A stretch of DNA of 63,853 nucleotides, the filler included, from Basidiobolus ranarum (Eukaryota): the NCBI GenBank assembly GCA_040143965.1. It is 5 parts of 5 records of this genome, joined end to end, with 100 filler letters (N's around TTAATTAATTAA, not from the genome) between each part and the next. Parts side by side here need not be neighbours in the genome. Positions count along the whole stretch, not along the records: positions 12,827 to 25,540 come from JASJQH010000526.1; positions 25,641 to 38,338 come from JASJQH010000527.1; 3 more parts are not named here. One strand, given 5' to 3'. Both the position numbers and the translations under genes were made by a program. Numbering within the stretch: the stretch's first letter is position 1; the number at the start of each line of letters is the position of its first letter. The notes below the pieces were generated by a model that was not told the DNA's origin, searched no databases, and saw only the letters and a program-made list of their open reading frames with translations. Below are positions 13,543 through 28,087 of the stretch, in pieces.

Positions 13543-14270
13543 ACATGAATCTTAGACTCGTTTAACAACAAATTTAATCACTATCTTGCATGATATTATA
13601 GATCGATTGATTGTTAAACTCCTAAGTCCAAAAGACATCAAAAGAATTTTTCTCAGGAATATAATAAATAATAAAATATATGTTTATTCCCTCCAATATA
13701 CATTCAAATATTTGGGTACCTAACGGCCTTGATACTATATAATTTATATATGTAGTCCTTTCGTAGTATTTCTTCTCCTTTCCATCATGTCTTCAATAAT
13801 ATATCACTAGAACTATGCTCTTCCTAAATCAACTGCAAACCCTAAAATTACTCACCCACTCCAATATAATTGCTACAAACATTGTACATAAACTTAGCCT
13901 ACAAGATGGTTTCATGGCTTCTTTCTATTTTCTTACTTCTGTTTAAAAATAATATCGTGCCTTTGAAAAAAAAACATGGCAATAACTCCAAAAAATAGTT
14001 GATGAAAGAAGGGGAAATTATATGTTGGCTCATGTAAAATAAACTAAAGCGAGGAGGAATGGAAAAGGTTCGTAACAATACATAAATGTAAAGAACCTCT
14101 TAGTATTATCAAGTTGTAATCCTTTGGTTTTAGGTTGAATGTGATGAGGTAGCTGTGTGTACAAGAGAAATAAAATAAATCGTACTTCCATTTTCGATAC
14201 ATTGGGTGGTGAAAATTACGAAAGACAAAAGACATCACAATAACATATATATGGATTAATGAGTAATGCA

Positions 14271-16454
14271 TTAGTTTGATCCCTCAACATCACCTTCAGT
14301 GTCAGACTTGGGTGGATTTACCGCTTCGCGTTCAGCTGAAGCTGAGAGTTGCTCGCCAGTCTCGCTTGTGCCGGCGTATGAGGGAGCTTCCTGTGCATCA
14401 TCTACATGTCCATCATTTTCAGCTTCTCCTTGCTGAGGGTAAGGATACCCTTGCTGTTGGTAATACTGAGCGTAGTATTGCTGGTATGCATCAGCGTATT
14501 GACCGTATTGTGCATAATAATTGGCATATTGTGATTGATCGTAGCTAGGATCAGGGTTGGATCCAGCTGGATATTCTTGTGGGGGAGCGGCAGCATTATC
14601 TGTACTCTCTTCCCCCTCTTGGCCATCTCCCCTTGGTGCACCGGCGCCCGCCTGTTGTCCTTGGTAGTAGCCATATCCAGCTTAGTAATAGGTAGTGTTA
14701 GCCTAGTTTCTGCAAAGAATGATCAAGTTAATTAACGATGGACCTACCAGGTGTTTGTCCATAGCCTTGATAGTCGTAATAACCGTAGTTGTATCCAGGT
14801 TGATTGGCTGAGCTGTATGGATCTTGTGAATAGCTTTGGTTGTACTCATCGCTAGACTTCTCACTGTGACGACTAGATCCACCTTTGGAGTTACGCTTTG
14901 AAAGTATATTAATATAAAATTACCAAATTCAAGAGTAACATAATGAATCATATCGTACATTTCCTGACGTTCTTTCATAGACAAGTTGCTTAGCATAGCC
15001 GACAGAATCGGGTGTGCCAGATATGAAGATATTACGTTCAGGGCCTGGCGTTCCGCCAGAAACTTGCTCAATCTGAATCTTAGCCCCAGATTGTTGTTGG
15101 AGCATTTTAATCGTTTCTCCACCTTGAAGGATTTTTAGAAGTGAACGAGGGAGATTATCAAAGTGAAAGTAGCATACCTTTGCCGATTAAAAGACCAACA
15201 ATATCATTAGGCACTTGAATAGTGACATTTTCAAAATTACCTCCGTGGGATTGTCCGTAGCCGCCACCACCTCCATATTGGCCTCCAAAACCACCTTGTC
15301 CTCTCTAAAATATTTAAAATTACCAAAAGATCAAAATAAATCTAGCTCGGAATGGAATACATACATTACGATAAGCGTCTCCGTTAATCACTTCGTCGAT
15401 CAAAGCTCTAGCTCTTTCGATAGCAGCTTCATCACCAATTACACTAACAGGTCTCTCTTGAGAGCCGGGATCTCTTGCAGAGTCAGGAGTAACAGCAATT
15501 CGGGCTCCACTTCTCTCTTGAAGCATTCTGATGGTTTCACCACCTTTACCAATAACAAGGCCAACCTTGTTATTGGGCACGTTGATATAAATGGTGCTCT
15601 GACCAGGGAGGCTGGTATGTCTATTAGCAAAGCCTCCACCATTAGCGCGGCTTGCTTTTGCTTCTTCAATAATTTGAATAATCATATCTCTAGCCTTCTC
15701 CACGTCATTAGCAGATCCCAAAACGGTGACTTTGCGCTCAGGATCAGAAGGTGCTTGATCTAAACAAGAGCAGCACACCATTAGGTCAAGATAGTTTGAC
15801 CATTACATTAAATCGACAATACAAACCTTGTGCGAATTGCACTTTTACACCATGAGCTCTTTCAATCCGCTTAAGTGATTCACCACCACGACCGATTACC
15901 AGTCCGACCATCGCACTAGGGATGCTGAATTCCGAAGAAACTCCGCCGCCATTGGGACCATAAGACGAACCGCCTCTTCTATCGTCACCAGCTGACCCAT
16001 AATGAGAACGAGAATCTGTGTAAAGAATCAAGGAAAACAACGACAAATGAAAACATCACACGAAATAGGTTTAAGAAAAAGATACTGTCAGGTCTATCAT
16101 AAGCCTGTCTTTTAGGATCATGACCATACTCTCCGTAATCTCTTCTATATTCATCGCTCTCATACTCACCACCTCTGTTATAACCGTATTGATCTTGTTC
16201 ATCGTCGTGACCGCGTTTGTTTCCTGAGCCATTCTCTAGTTCTATTAGAACAATATATGGATTGTATTAAGATAAATAGTAAAAAGCTAGGGTAAAATTG
16301 AATAGATCACGAAAATACCTTTTTTACCGGAATCAGCACTAAGCTTGGCAGCTATGGCTTTAGCTTTCGCTAAGGCATCCGAAAAGTTAACTCCGGAATT
16401 TCCACCTCCCGAGAGAGTATTTGATGATGGTATAGCACTGTATTCTTCCGACAT
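14271..16454 (-). CDS. KH-domain RNA-binding protein, FUBP/KSRP-like, multi-exon
   Basis: Three KH domains (IPSAMVGLVIGRGGESLKRI; VPNNKVGLVIGKGGETIRML; VPNDIVGLLIGKGGETIKML), an N-terminal FSDALAKAKAIAAKL helix, and a Y/Q-rich C-terminus (YADAYQQYYAQYYQQQ). Confidence 0.85.
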
Positions 16455-19267
16455 GTATAGAACCAATTGATAGCTTTCTTGGCGTCAACTGTAGTGAAAA
16501 ATAAGAACAAACTTCCAATACCCTAATCAAAAGGTAGATGGTTGATTTTTTTTCTTGGAAATTTACATAGCTTCAACCTCAAATTTTGGAAACTAGAAAT
16601 CTCGATTTCACGTGACCATCCAGGGTATTGTAGACGGATTGGTTAGAAGCTTTACTAGATTAACAAACACCATCAAGAAAGGGAGATTAAAATATAATAG
16701 CACGTGGAATTGACAAAGCCTAGCAGTATTCATCAACTTTTATGCCCTGGGCTGCTTTGCTTCATAAAACTCGATACGCTATACAGCCAGAATTCACGGC
16801 ACTAATATATGTACCTTCGCCAAGTGATTGACTGCGACACTTTCCAACCTTCCTTGATACAATTGGGAACTTTCAATGAACGTTCGCTAATTTACATTTG
16901 ATTTATGCTCAATAAGCACTTACACTCTACGCGCTCACCGATCGATAAACCACTTCGTTTGACTCAAGAGACGGGAAATGCTCATCAGGAGTGCTAGACA
17001 GTGTTTTTTTACAATTTTCAGCCAATTTTCTTTCACCTGAAAACTGCACCTAAATGAGGTATGCGTTCACTGCCGAAATTTGTATGATGGATTCAAATAT
17101 TTGAATCTTAATTCAACGGCTCTAAACGTAGCTTCATAGGCTAGAGATGATCGAAACCACAAGCACTAGTAAATTCAGATCAGAAGCACATATGGGATTT
17201 GATTTGATCATCATATTGCAAATATCCAATTTAAGCATCAATCGTATTTTTCGTACATTGTGTCTTGATCACAATTGTCATTTATTCCTTCAGTTTCTTC
17301 ATTTTTCTGTTGTGATTCAACTATGATCTTCCCGATTGTGATCAGTAAATTCAGATGGCAACAGTAAATAATATATTAGAATATTATAAAGCGCATTGTA
17401 CAATGATTCATTGCTTTTATGATTAAGGAATCGTTCTAACACTGTACAGCACCATAGCAGAGGGGTTAGGTTCTTTTGAAAATTATCCTGTACTAGTAAT
17501 TTTTGAGGACCATCTCACCTGCTTGCTCACTTCAATCCTTTTGTAAGAGTAGTAAGCATAGCAACAAGATGCCAGGATCTATTGGATACTTTAAATCAGT
17601 ATTGTTATGGTAGAGCGTAGTTTATGTGATGGAGCCTTTAATAAGCGGTACATTTTCATATCGTTCGTTGGTAACTTTTTTCCCTATTAGAAGCGCCCTT
17701 ATGAGGGAGATATTGGTTTTCTCTCTAAGTTCTTCAAATATATTATCCTCAAGGTAACGAAGTCTTTTGTGAAACACGATGACATTGATCTCTGCACCCG
17801 TTTTAAAGAATTCCCCATATTTTATATGTTGGAAATCCTCCTAGTGATTGCCAATCTATGGGATGGATTATGCACGCAGGTTTCATTTTTCGTACATTGA
17901 CAAATTGTTTACAGGAATATTGAACTTGTATGTCACCAAGCCCATATCAGGCTAACTGACCTTAACTCAGTAAATCTCTATAATCTATCTGAAAACACTC
18001 CTGTTGGCACCAGATGTCCCAACTTCTATCAACAGAGGTCTCTTCCACTGGTGAGAAATACTCCTCCGAAAAGACAGAGGGTTGCATTCAAGTGTCTGTG
18101 GAAGCCACCATCATAAACCAAGACTGGGTATCGTACACCATTTACTGATTTTAATTAGAGAAAATGGCAGCGTTGAATGTATATTTTGCCAACGTAAAAG
18201 AATAAACTGCTCTCATCTGGCCATATATTTATATCAGAGCACATCCAGTACTCGGTAATTTTAACTCAGAGTCTCAACACGAAAATATGTCTGATTGTAT
18301 TACTAGGTCAGATTAGCCATAGTAAATAACATAGTCTATAAAAATCACCGCATTATTGAGGAAACCAAAAAGTCACTGACCTCAAATCATCTAGTCAAGA
18401 ATCACCGTATTTAAATAAACTTCATCATAAATCGATATTACTCTAAGCTTAATACATTGAACAACAACAAAAACTATTGACTATCAACTACGAATGTTTG
18501 CAAGAGAAACTCTACAATCTTAGTCATACACTTTCTGAAGGGTTATGAGAATTACTTAATCCAATGTTTTGGTAAGCAAGACTGGAAAATCTCAGCTGGA
18601 AGCGTAAAGATTCACCCATTCTAAAACTGCCTTTCTTACTTTAAACAAAAATTCTACAACAGGGAATTGATAAATAGCCAACAATCGGTTGTTTCTTATG
18701 AATTGCATCTATAGTTGTTGATCATCTAAAGTGCCAGTTGATTACACAACACGAGATGGAGTATCTAAATAGTTCACTCCCTAATAATCGGGGGATTTTC
18801 CAAGTTGGTGAAAGGCGGGCCAAACCTTTCCGAGTGTAAATTATTCTTCAATAGACCAGTTTAACTTCATAAGCATTTAAAGATTTCGGTAAGTGTAAGA
18901 ACAGTAAAATCACGATGATCTTTACCAATATCGTACTATCTCTTCCATATAGCATATTTCTATCGTATCACGTGCGAGGTTTATTTCCAGATAGTCAATT
19001 TTGTAAAAAAGCGCCTTTTTAGCAAATGCCTGGATCCAAATAAATTATTAGAGATATATCGTAAAGTTTACGAGTATTTGGAGATGGTTAATTGACAAAC
19101 CCGGTAATATATAATTGAATTAGGTTGTGTTTTTGATTTGAAAAAATCAAAATGTATAAATCAAGAATATCAGAAAATGACAAGTTCTGACGGTTCCTTT
19201 TTCTTTTGTTCTATTGTAGGTACAGTTAAACACGGTTTTTGCATTGTTGGAAAATAAATCCTAAACC

Positions 19268-22200
19268 ATGTTCACAACACCTCGCACAACATTAAAAAGA
19301 AAGTCAGTTCGTGCTCCTCGTGATAATTTACTGGCTCAGAGTGGACCTTCCCTCACTTCCACTCGACTATCGAAAACCCGGGATACACTTACCGAGACAT
19401 CCATTAGTTACATAAAGGAAACAGTAACCTTACCTAACAAAAACCAACTTACCAAAGAGAAAACTACTCAGCGTGCTAAAAAAACCCTCCGTACGCTCCA
19501 GATAGAAAAGCCTTCACCTGAACCGGCGATTCAAGAAGATACACCTAACTCTAAAACCTCTCATGTCCTGCTCCAAAGTGATAAACACGCCGTATCCGTT
19601 TTAGGCGCTCTTCCAACTGAAATTGCGGGCTTATTCTCCGGTATGAACTTACCACTCTGAATGTCTTGATTATCATGTAGTTCTTCACGCTAAACAATCC
19701 ATTTATTCGCGATAACTTCAAATAGCTGGGGGCTGTCCATTGGAATGTTTCTATGGATCTATTGATGTTAATTCCGGCTATGCTCTTATTGTCACCTTAA
19801 CTGATTGTTATGTTTGGTCTTATAGACAGGTAAGTTTACATCTTGCAGTTATTTCCGAATATATTTCATTCGATTTTGTAACCATTTTTTACTTTCAATA
19901 GAAATCTTCTCCTACTTTATATACTTTCCAAATGCCAAAAGTCAACTTCTCTTCTCAATACTTATCTACAAATGAAATTCTCGAAAATCTTCCTTTTGTA
20001 AGTATTGTTCCTATAACGGGTTCGAAGGAAGTGGGAATCTTAGCAAGTTCCCCCGAAGGAGAGTTCAGATACTGGGAAACTGTGAACTATGGCTTAACTA
20101 ACTCTCAAAAGTACAAAAGTATGCGAATTTACTTATCTGAACATGATAGGGGAACTTGTTTAGTAAATTGCGAGGTAGACTTCAGTATTTGTGTATGTAT
20201 CTAGTTACTCGTCTTAATCGACCAAACTTTCCTCCAAAAATAGCCTGCTGGATTTATATTTGGAACCAAAATGTCCCACTTATATCGTATATCCTTGTCT
20301 AATCCCAACGGACAAGCTGCTTTGTCTTACTCCCCTCTCTCTCGCCCTCTTGGTGTGTTTGCACGCATGAGCTCTTTACTAGGATACAGTGGGAACGAGG
20401 AGGTATCTTCTAATGATATTTCTTCAGAAATCATATCTGTTTGTGCCGGAGTTAGCTCTGAAGGTAGACATTCCAGGTATATTGGCCGTTTCATTGTCGC
20501 TACATCTTGTGTCATTTAATGATTTATCTTTCTTTACTTCACCAGAGATGTGTATTCTCTTACTAATCGAAGCCTACAAAAATGGTCTATTTCCAAGATA
20601 CTCCCAGAAAAGGTAAAGATTTTTGAGTTCAAATTCCTTGGTTTAATATTCTAAATTTACCGTTTGGGGATAGTACGTTTCTGAGCGGGATATCTTGAGA
20701 GACATATCCGAGGCACTAGATAGTTCACCCATATTCAATGCTGTTTCCGATTTGATCGTAGATTTACTAGATATTGAATTCTCCAGGTTTGTTTAACTAC
20801 ATACGTTCATGTAGAAGTGGCAACGGTTACCAACAAATTATTCACTTTTATATGTAGGAACAATGGAGTTATTGTTCTTGCTTCTATCTCGGTTAATCAG
20901 GAGAATACCTCCATGTTTGGCCTATTCTCATTCGAATTCGACAATGGATCCAGTAACTTTGTGCTCACTAATCAGAAGTTCTTGAAGTATAAAGCGACTC
21001 TGTATAACGGGGCCACTTCAAAGCCACATCTAGCCTTGTCCAATGGTGGACCTGGAGCCTTCATTTTATTACCTGATTGTGTCATAGCTACCACTTTACT
21101 CAATATTGATTTTGAAGAGACTATACCTTTACGCAATTCCTCTATCGATCGCATCATTGGGTTTGGTATTGATAGAACTAAGACTTGGAGCCGAGAAAGC
21201 ATGCTCAGCTGTAACGTTCTAGCATTGTGTACACAGAGTGGAATTTTGGATGTCTCTCTAAACATGGATAGAATTGATAGAAAAGAAACTCACGATACTA
21301 TTGTCAGAACCAAGGTAGAATCATCAGACGAGCAAAAAAAACAAACTCACCAATTGAAAAGTAAATTGGAACAAGCAGTATTCTTTGGAAGTAAGGAGGA
21401 AAACCCACTCTCGTTTAACCTCTCTCGAGAGTTTATCGCGAACCTTGATAAAGCTTCTTTGAAACTCAGTGAAGAGATCTTGCAATCTAAGTCGAAGTAT
21501 ATTCCGGCTATCATGGAGGTTAAAATGCAACTGCAAGAAAGACTAAACCGTATGAACAATATCATAAAATTCATAAATAGTAACAATCTTCTTCATAAGT
21601 TGTCACCTTTGGCAAGACACAAGCTCTGCTGGAATTGTGAAAAATTAGCCGCTGCGATGAATCTATGGTATTATCAAAATACGTTGCTTGGTCGCGGTAG
21701 TAAGCGACAATATACTCTACTTCTTACTAAAGCTATCGAGGCCTGCTTGCGAGACTTGGGTGTACAGGCTCAAGATGATGCAACTAGGACTTTTTTCCGA
21801 TATTACATATCTGAAATTGGTCTTCTTCCTCAATACGTGTGTGATCTGGTCCGTCGTTCGAAAACTGGCCAGGCTAGCGAGAGAAACCTCCTGGTTCATG
21901 AAGGAAATAAGATTTTACTTGATATCTTTAAATCAGCTTTTATTTATAGAAGAGATCACTCGGAGATGTATGGTCTCAGCGAACCTACAACTCACGAGTC
22001 CTGGACTTGTAAAGATGCCTATCTAGACATCATTTACACACAATACCAGCAGACTGAGAAAGTCATCAAAGAATTTAGCCTTGATGCAGAGCATTTCGAA
22101 AATGGTAAATCTGATGGTTTCGAGATGGACATAAGCGAAAGCACCGATACAACCAAATCTTCACATGCTCTCCTAAAATCCTTAAAGGATCAGCTTTGTG

Positions 22201-23894
22201 AATTGGCCGATATTTTATTCAAAGTTTTTACTGAACGTATTGACTTTCTCAGTGGGTACGTGGTTATTGATTCGTTTAAACCCTAATGGGACTCTTTTAT
22301 TTAACTTGAATTTCTTCTGTGTAGTGATCTGAGGAGTGAAGACGCTGCACACGCACTCGCTTCTATAAATGAAAAATATCGTGTTGTTCGTTCTAAGGTT
22401 ACACTCCCTCTAGGTAATTATATTGCGATATGTTACAACTTATCACTGATAATTAATAGTTCATCTGTTGTAGTTGCTCTGGATAGAGTGGAATTTGCTT
22501 TCCAATTGGCAGAGCGTTATCAAGACTTCCGAACACTTGTTCAACTCAGTGTTAATCTTGAGCAAGAAACCCAAGCTAGAATTGACTATTACATTAATAA
22601 GTTTAAGGAGCCCTTTGCCCATGAACTATATTCTTATTACGTTGAGAACGATCTTTTGCATCAACTGATGACTCAGAAAGACTTTTATAGTGGGCTACTT
22701 CACGAATTTTTAGAAAGAGGCGAGCATGCCCATATTTCCTGGCTTCATGACATTCATATCGGAAGATATGTGCAAGCATCGAGCAAGCTCTTAGGAGAGT
22801 CCGAGGGGGAAAGAAATAATCTACAGAAAAAGGTAAATATATGTAGAATACCCATCCAATTAAAGCTCATCATTCCAACGAAACTACTCTATGCTAGACA
22901 ATGCTCAGTTTGGCCAAACTCTCTTATCTAGCCTCCGTGGATGCTACAGTTTTGGATTCCGATAAAGTTCAGGAATCTCTCGAACGTAATTTACTTTTGA
23001 CTTTTTCGAGCTGCTTTCAATATACTAAATACTATTTGACAATTTAGAAATCGATGATTCACTGGACCTTGTCACTGTTCATGAGGTTCTTCGAGAGTCG
23101 TATCATGATATTTTGGAGAATATGGAAAGGATACCTAAAAGGAACGATGATAGAATCATTCATATATCTGTAATTAATACTGGAGATCTGCACGAAGTTA
23201 AGCCAGCGATGGAGGAGCTATATCGTCAACTGGTCAAAAATATCATGGATGGTCAAGTCTTGGACTCTGAATCATTGATAGACGTCCTGACGTTACCTCA
23301 AAATCTGGACAATCAGGTCGACAATTATAGAATTGCTCTAGGTGTTTACAGAAGGGCGAAGGATATTCCTGAAGATAGAATGGAGTATGTTCTACGTACC
23401 ATTTGGAGAAGAGTTATTCTTCGGGACAGGTATTAGTCCACGTTATCTGCTTTAAATTAGTACCTTTGCTAAACCTTTTTCTAGTTGGGATTATATTCAT
23501 AAGCTTTCTGCTCATGCTGGTGACGAGGAACTTCTTGCTGCTCTGAAAGATACTGCTATCTACTGTACTCTTGTTGCTGCCCATGATGGAGGTGAGGAGA
23601 TTGCGATTCAACGATAAGTGCTACTCGTGACTAACTTTTCCTGTTCTAGACTTTCCAGTAGATATGTATCTGCAGCCTGCAGAGACACACTTCCACACGT
23701 CTAAGGAGGATGTTATAACTAGATTTATCAACATGTTGGACCATCAAATTAACCTGTTAATTCAAGACTATCAAACTGAAAATCAGCAGTTGGACACACA
23801 TATTTCTCAGCACAATCTATTAGGATTCTATAACGAGATTGTCAGATTGATTCAGATGGAAATCACGGACAGTAATGCTATGGAGACAAATTAA
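19268..23894 (+). CDS. NUP133: Nucleoporin Nup133, multi-exon
   Basis: Disordered N-terminus MFTTPR, beta-propeller region (SPEGEFRYWE), KSKLEQAVFFGSKEENPLSF, AFQLAERYQDFRTLVQL, HISWLHDI, LRTIWRRVILRD. Confidence 0.88.
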
Positions 23895-24823
23895 TATCAA
23901 TCTTGCTATACGTCTATCCACCTGTTAAAGCCACTTCTTTCATCACCTTGAGCTAAATTTAGGTTGTTCGCAAACTAGAGCTATCGCTTTGAAGAATCTA
24001 TCATTAACTTGGCAACCTGTGACCTGTAAAACATTTCACATTCATATCATTTAGTGCTGAATGACTCTTAGTTACTAATTTCCCGCCTTCTTAGTTCAAC
24101 TTTAAAAGCGCGTAGCACTCTTCACTTTTTCTCACTTCCTTTTACATATACGAAAATAATTAGAAAATGTATGAATCTATAAAGACTATAATATCAGTGA
24201 TTGTTACCTCAATACTAAGCATTAATCTCAGTGCAAATAAGGAAATTCTTCCATTGGGCTTCGTTTCTCTAGGTATTTTTTTATGTTAAACCAATCTCTC
24301 TGAATAAAATAGCTGATCTTGAAAGGACTTTCATGGGAGCAGTAGAGGTAATTACTGCGAATTGGAATACTGGACAAAATATCACATTGATAGATGAGGA
24401 AGATTTGGAACTTCTTTGGCCCCATAATTTCTCCATCAATATTGACTAATATATACTTGCATATTCTTGATCTCCGATTACTTCCCAAATTTTAAAATTG
24501 CCTATTCTCCGAGACATATCCCAATCAGGAGGGTAATTTTAAGGCCAAATTTGCAGAGATACCATGATTTCGAGCATTCAATCACCTGACCATGCACCAT
24601 TTCGTATAGGTTCTTTTTGACAAAAGTAGAACATAAGGTTGAAGTACTTATTTAGTAATCGATATAAGAATATATTCATATATGTATATTTAAAGACGAT
24701 TCATTATTATTTTCAGATATTCAGTCATATTTCACTAAACTTTCTTTTCACTAGTATATTGTAAAAGTTGAAGTTGATTTTTGAGCGAGTCATAAACAGA
24801 ACATCTTGTTTGAAAAGCGTAAC

Positions 24824-25316
24824 ATGTCAAGAAACGCAAGTACTTTAGACTTTGACCAAGGAAGTGGTCCTGTGTTGTCGGATTCAGACGAATTTGACGG
24901 ACTTTCTGACGATTTTGGAGCAGATGGGGAAGAGACTCAAACTGGAGAAAGTGTTACTAAAGTCGATACGGTCAAACAACAAGAAATGCGTAAACTAATC
25001 ATGGAAATCTCCAACGATCCTAACATACCGGCCCCTTTAAAAGCCAAAAAGATTCAGGTAAACTTCTTTCTTAGCTTCAACTATTAGACCTAGCTCTTCA
25101 CCATTTCACATAACTATACTCTTCCTTTTCAGCCAATTTATGGCCAAAAACATTTGTGTATATTTCTCTAACCTTTCTATGCCTAACGTTTGTCATTTTT
25201 TGTATCAATTCAAATAGGAATTGATGACTTTAGAGTGGAAAAAGAAACAACCAATTGGCATCCCCAAAAAACTCGGTGACGATTTGACAGAAGAAGACTT
25301 GAGTACGACATATCAT
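24824..25316 (+). CDS. CHY/RING zinc-finger E3 ligase (Pirh2/RCHY1-like), first two exons, truncated
   Basis: QQEMRKLIMEISNDPNIPAPLKAKKIQ|ELMTLEW...LTEEDLSTTYH resembles the segment that precedes the CHY finger in fungal Pirh2 homologues. Intron 25058-25217; next donor is GCAAGT at 25317. The zinc fingers themselves are not in the contig. Confidence 0.6.
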
Positions 25317-25540
25317 GCAAGTACCGCTTTTCTATACAATAGTACCGTTCGAATCTTGAATTTATGAATTATTAGAATAACGGATTGATTCTGAATATTA
25401 CGGCGTATTTACTAATTGATGGAAAACCTTTTTTCATATGTTTTTATTAATAGGGATATTTGGAGGACGATCAAGAAAAATTCATGCAGCATATCAGTTC
25501 TTCTTATATACATTATTAGGATCATTATTTATGTTATTAG

Positions 25541-25640
25541 NNNNNNNNNNNNNNNNNNNNNNNNNNNNNNNNNNNNNNNNNNNNTTAATTAATTAANNNN
25601 NNNNNNNNNNNNNNNNNNNNNNNNNNNNNNNNNNNNNNNN
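25541..25640. other. Artificial contig spacer
   Basis: N44-TTAATTAATTAA-N44. Confidence 0.99.
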
Positions 25641-25642
25641 AT

Positions 25643-26516
25643 ATCCCCAAGCGGGTTGCGGTTGTTGGGTCGGGCTACATTGCAGTTGAGTTGGCCGGGA
25701 TCTTCAATTCTCTGGGTGCTCAAGTAACCCTCTTTACACGTACCAACACTATTCTCCGCTCGTTTGACTCTATGATCCAAGAAACCATCTTGAAAGAGAT
25801 GGAAAATACAGAAATCAACGTTATCAAAAAATCCTCAGTCAAAGGACTTGAGAGAAAGAACCCTAATGGACCCATAACAGCCAAGTACTCAAGTGAGGAT
25901 AAAGACGATTCTATCCAGGTGGACACTGTACTTTGGGCAATCGGGAGAGTGCCAAATATAGAGGATTTGAACTTGGAAAAGAATGGGATTAGGTTATCCG
26001 AGAAAGGATATATCGTTTGTGATGAATATTAAAATACCATAGTTGATGGTATTTGTACTCTGGGAGATGTTTGTGGTAAGACACAGCTTACTCCAGTTGC
26101 CATTGCCGCGGGACGTAAGCTAGCTGATCGTTTGTTTGGGCCAGACATTTAGTACTGCCAAGTTAGATTATGAAAATATCCCAACAGTTGTTTTCTCGCA
26201 TCCACCGTCCGGAGCTATTGGCTTAACTGAAGCTGAGGCTAAGAAGCAGTTTGGTGAAGACAATATCAAAGTCTACACATCGAAGTTCACTAACATGTAC
26301 AACGCAATTACCGAGCATAAACCACCCACAGCCTTCAAACTTATTGTGACAGGTCAAGCAGAACGAGTCATTGGCCTCCATATCATCGGGCGTGGGGCAG
26401 ATGAAATGCTACAAGGTTTTGGCGTAGCTGTGAAGATGGGAGCAACCAAAGTAGATTTCGATAGCTGCGTTGCTATTCATCCCACGGCCTCTGAAGAATT
26501 AGTTACAATGCGATGA
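25643..26516 (+). pseudogene. GLR1: Glutathione reductase pseudogene (C-terminal part; 5' truncated by contig start)
   Basis: [64 protein letters not shown]. Conserved DEYQNT reads DEY*NT (TAA 26030-26032), and there is a frameshift near 26136-26141. Confidence 0.85.
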
Positions 26517-26730
26517 GCATACTCACGATTATCAAATTTGGCTTTATTATCTCATTAAAGTTGACGTTAAAATGCGCAGAAACTGTTCAACCTGCTCATG
26601 TGCACTCTATCAGTGAGAGAAATTACAAAGCTATTACAAAAGCCAGCTGATATTTATTAACAATTTCGTAGCAATAAACGAGAGGGATTATTTGAAGGCA
26701 ATCAAAGAAAATAGTAAGTGAATAGATTAC

Positions 26731-28087
26731 TCAATACTGAAGGTATATACAAATAGTTAGTACGGGATCATAAGACTTGAGAGAGAAAATATTACCTTCT
26801 TTGGCTCCATTCCTTCGGGTGGTCTTACTTCCACTTTGCTCTTCGAAACCTCATCCCAATTTGTAGATAAGCATGTTCCACCACTTTCTACGAAACTCTT
26901 GACCATGGCCTTGCGGACATTTTCATCGGCACCTTTATAAAGCTGTTGGAACATAGAGTTTAGGGCCTGATCACCTTCAGGCTTGTCATCATTCTCGAGT
27001 TCTTTCTCTAGTTTATCCCAATTCTTGGCTGATTTGGCCGATGAGGGGTAGCTTGGCTTGGATGCTAATGTAACCAATCTTTAGTTTAGGTATCCAACAA
27101 ATAAAAACAACTAGAGAGAACTAAAAAGTACCTGAATTATTTAAGTTGCTAACAAGTTTGTCTACGCCTTCAAGAACCCCCCACTGAACTCCAGAATGTG
27201 CCTTTTTCAGTTTGAGCTCTATCTTGGTAGATAGCACTAAATATTTGGACTCGCCAGGAATAATGGGATGGCTTAATGGTTCCCAGTCATAGTTCAAGTC
27301 AGAGCCGGTTGGTGTTTTGACTGAAATAGAAGCCTAAACATATGAACATGGTCATTATCAACCTATATGGGTATACTATCTCATTCACTTACTCCTCGCT
27401 CTTCGAAGTCGACCGATACATCACTTTGTTTGACATTCTTAATGAACAAAGTGATTGTGATGAAGTCATGACTCTGAAACCATTCGGTCCTAGCAAAACG
27501 CTCCAGTTAATATGAGATATCTATGCTGATACTTTTGGGCCTCGCTTACTTAATTTTACTTGAACCAGGTGGTTTAGGGATATCAGCAGGTACTACAGGC
27601 TCACTAGAATTCAGTTCTGGCTTCTTCAAAACCTCGGGCTCTGATAATATAATGTGTCTAGCTAACGAGACGGTGATGTATTTGTTAAATTTAAGCACTC
27701 ACCTTTGGGGCACTTCTCTAAACACTTTTTCCACCAGCGATCCAGGTTTTTTTCTTCCTGGTTGAAAGCTCTTACTCTCTCAAAAGCTTCCTTGGCACGT
27801 ATAAAACGTTTCAAGTCAAACAAAACAGTCCCTTTTCGAAGATAAGCTTTTGAGAGTGTCTTGTCTCCACCGCCACTTTTTTCTAGAAGTTCAATGGCTT
27901 TGATTGCATCTTCTAAGCTACTTTCCAGTTTTCCAAGTTTACCACTAACAGCGCTTCGTTTCAAATAATATTCAGGATTTGTTGGTTCCAATACGATAGC
28001 CTCAGATATCAATTCAAAGGAAGCAGTAAAATCATCGTCGAAGAATAAATCGACTGCTTGTTTATATAGTTCTGTTGAGTCGGACAT
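26731..28087 (-). CDS. SGT1: SGT1 co-chaperone (TPR-CS-SGS), multi-exon
   Basis: N-terminal TPR, CS domain (RTEWFQSHDFITITLFIK, LSTKIELKLKK), SGS domain (KNWDKL, GDQALNSMFQQLY, AMVKSFVESGGTCLSTNW, PPEGME). The terminal Y* exon is at 26731-26736. Confidence 0.93.

Noticed and set aside
17500..18200. Coding-like minus-strand stretch with several stops between the KH gene and NUP133
   Set aside because: It may be a decayed gene, but I cannot assign a family or a consistent frame.
24228..24520. Kinase-like fragment (RIGNFKIWEVIGDQEYASIY...GEIMG.KEV) on the minus strand
   Set aside because: The glycine loop is not conserved and no downstream kinase subdomains are visible.
25317..25322. GC-AG intron donor (GCAAGT) in the Pirh2-like gene
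   Set aside because: This is a well-known minor splice variant, and the downstream exon cannot be confirmed in this contig.
26030..26032. Possible stop-codon reassignment or readthrough (TAA as Gln) in GLR1 and ATP16
   Set aside because: Both genes also carry frameshifts, and many intact genes here end in TAA, so pseudogenisation explains the stops.
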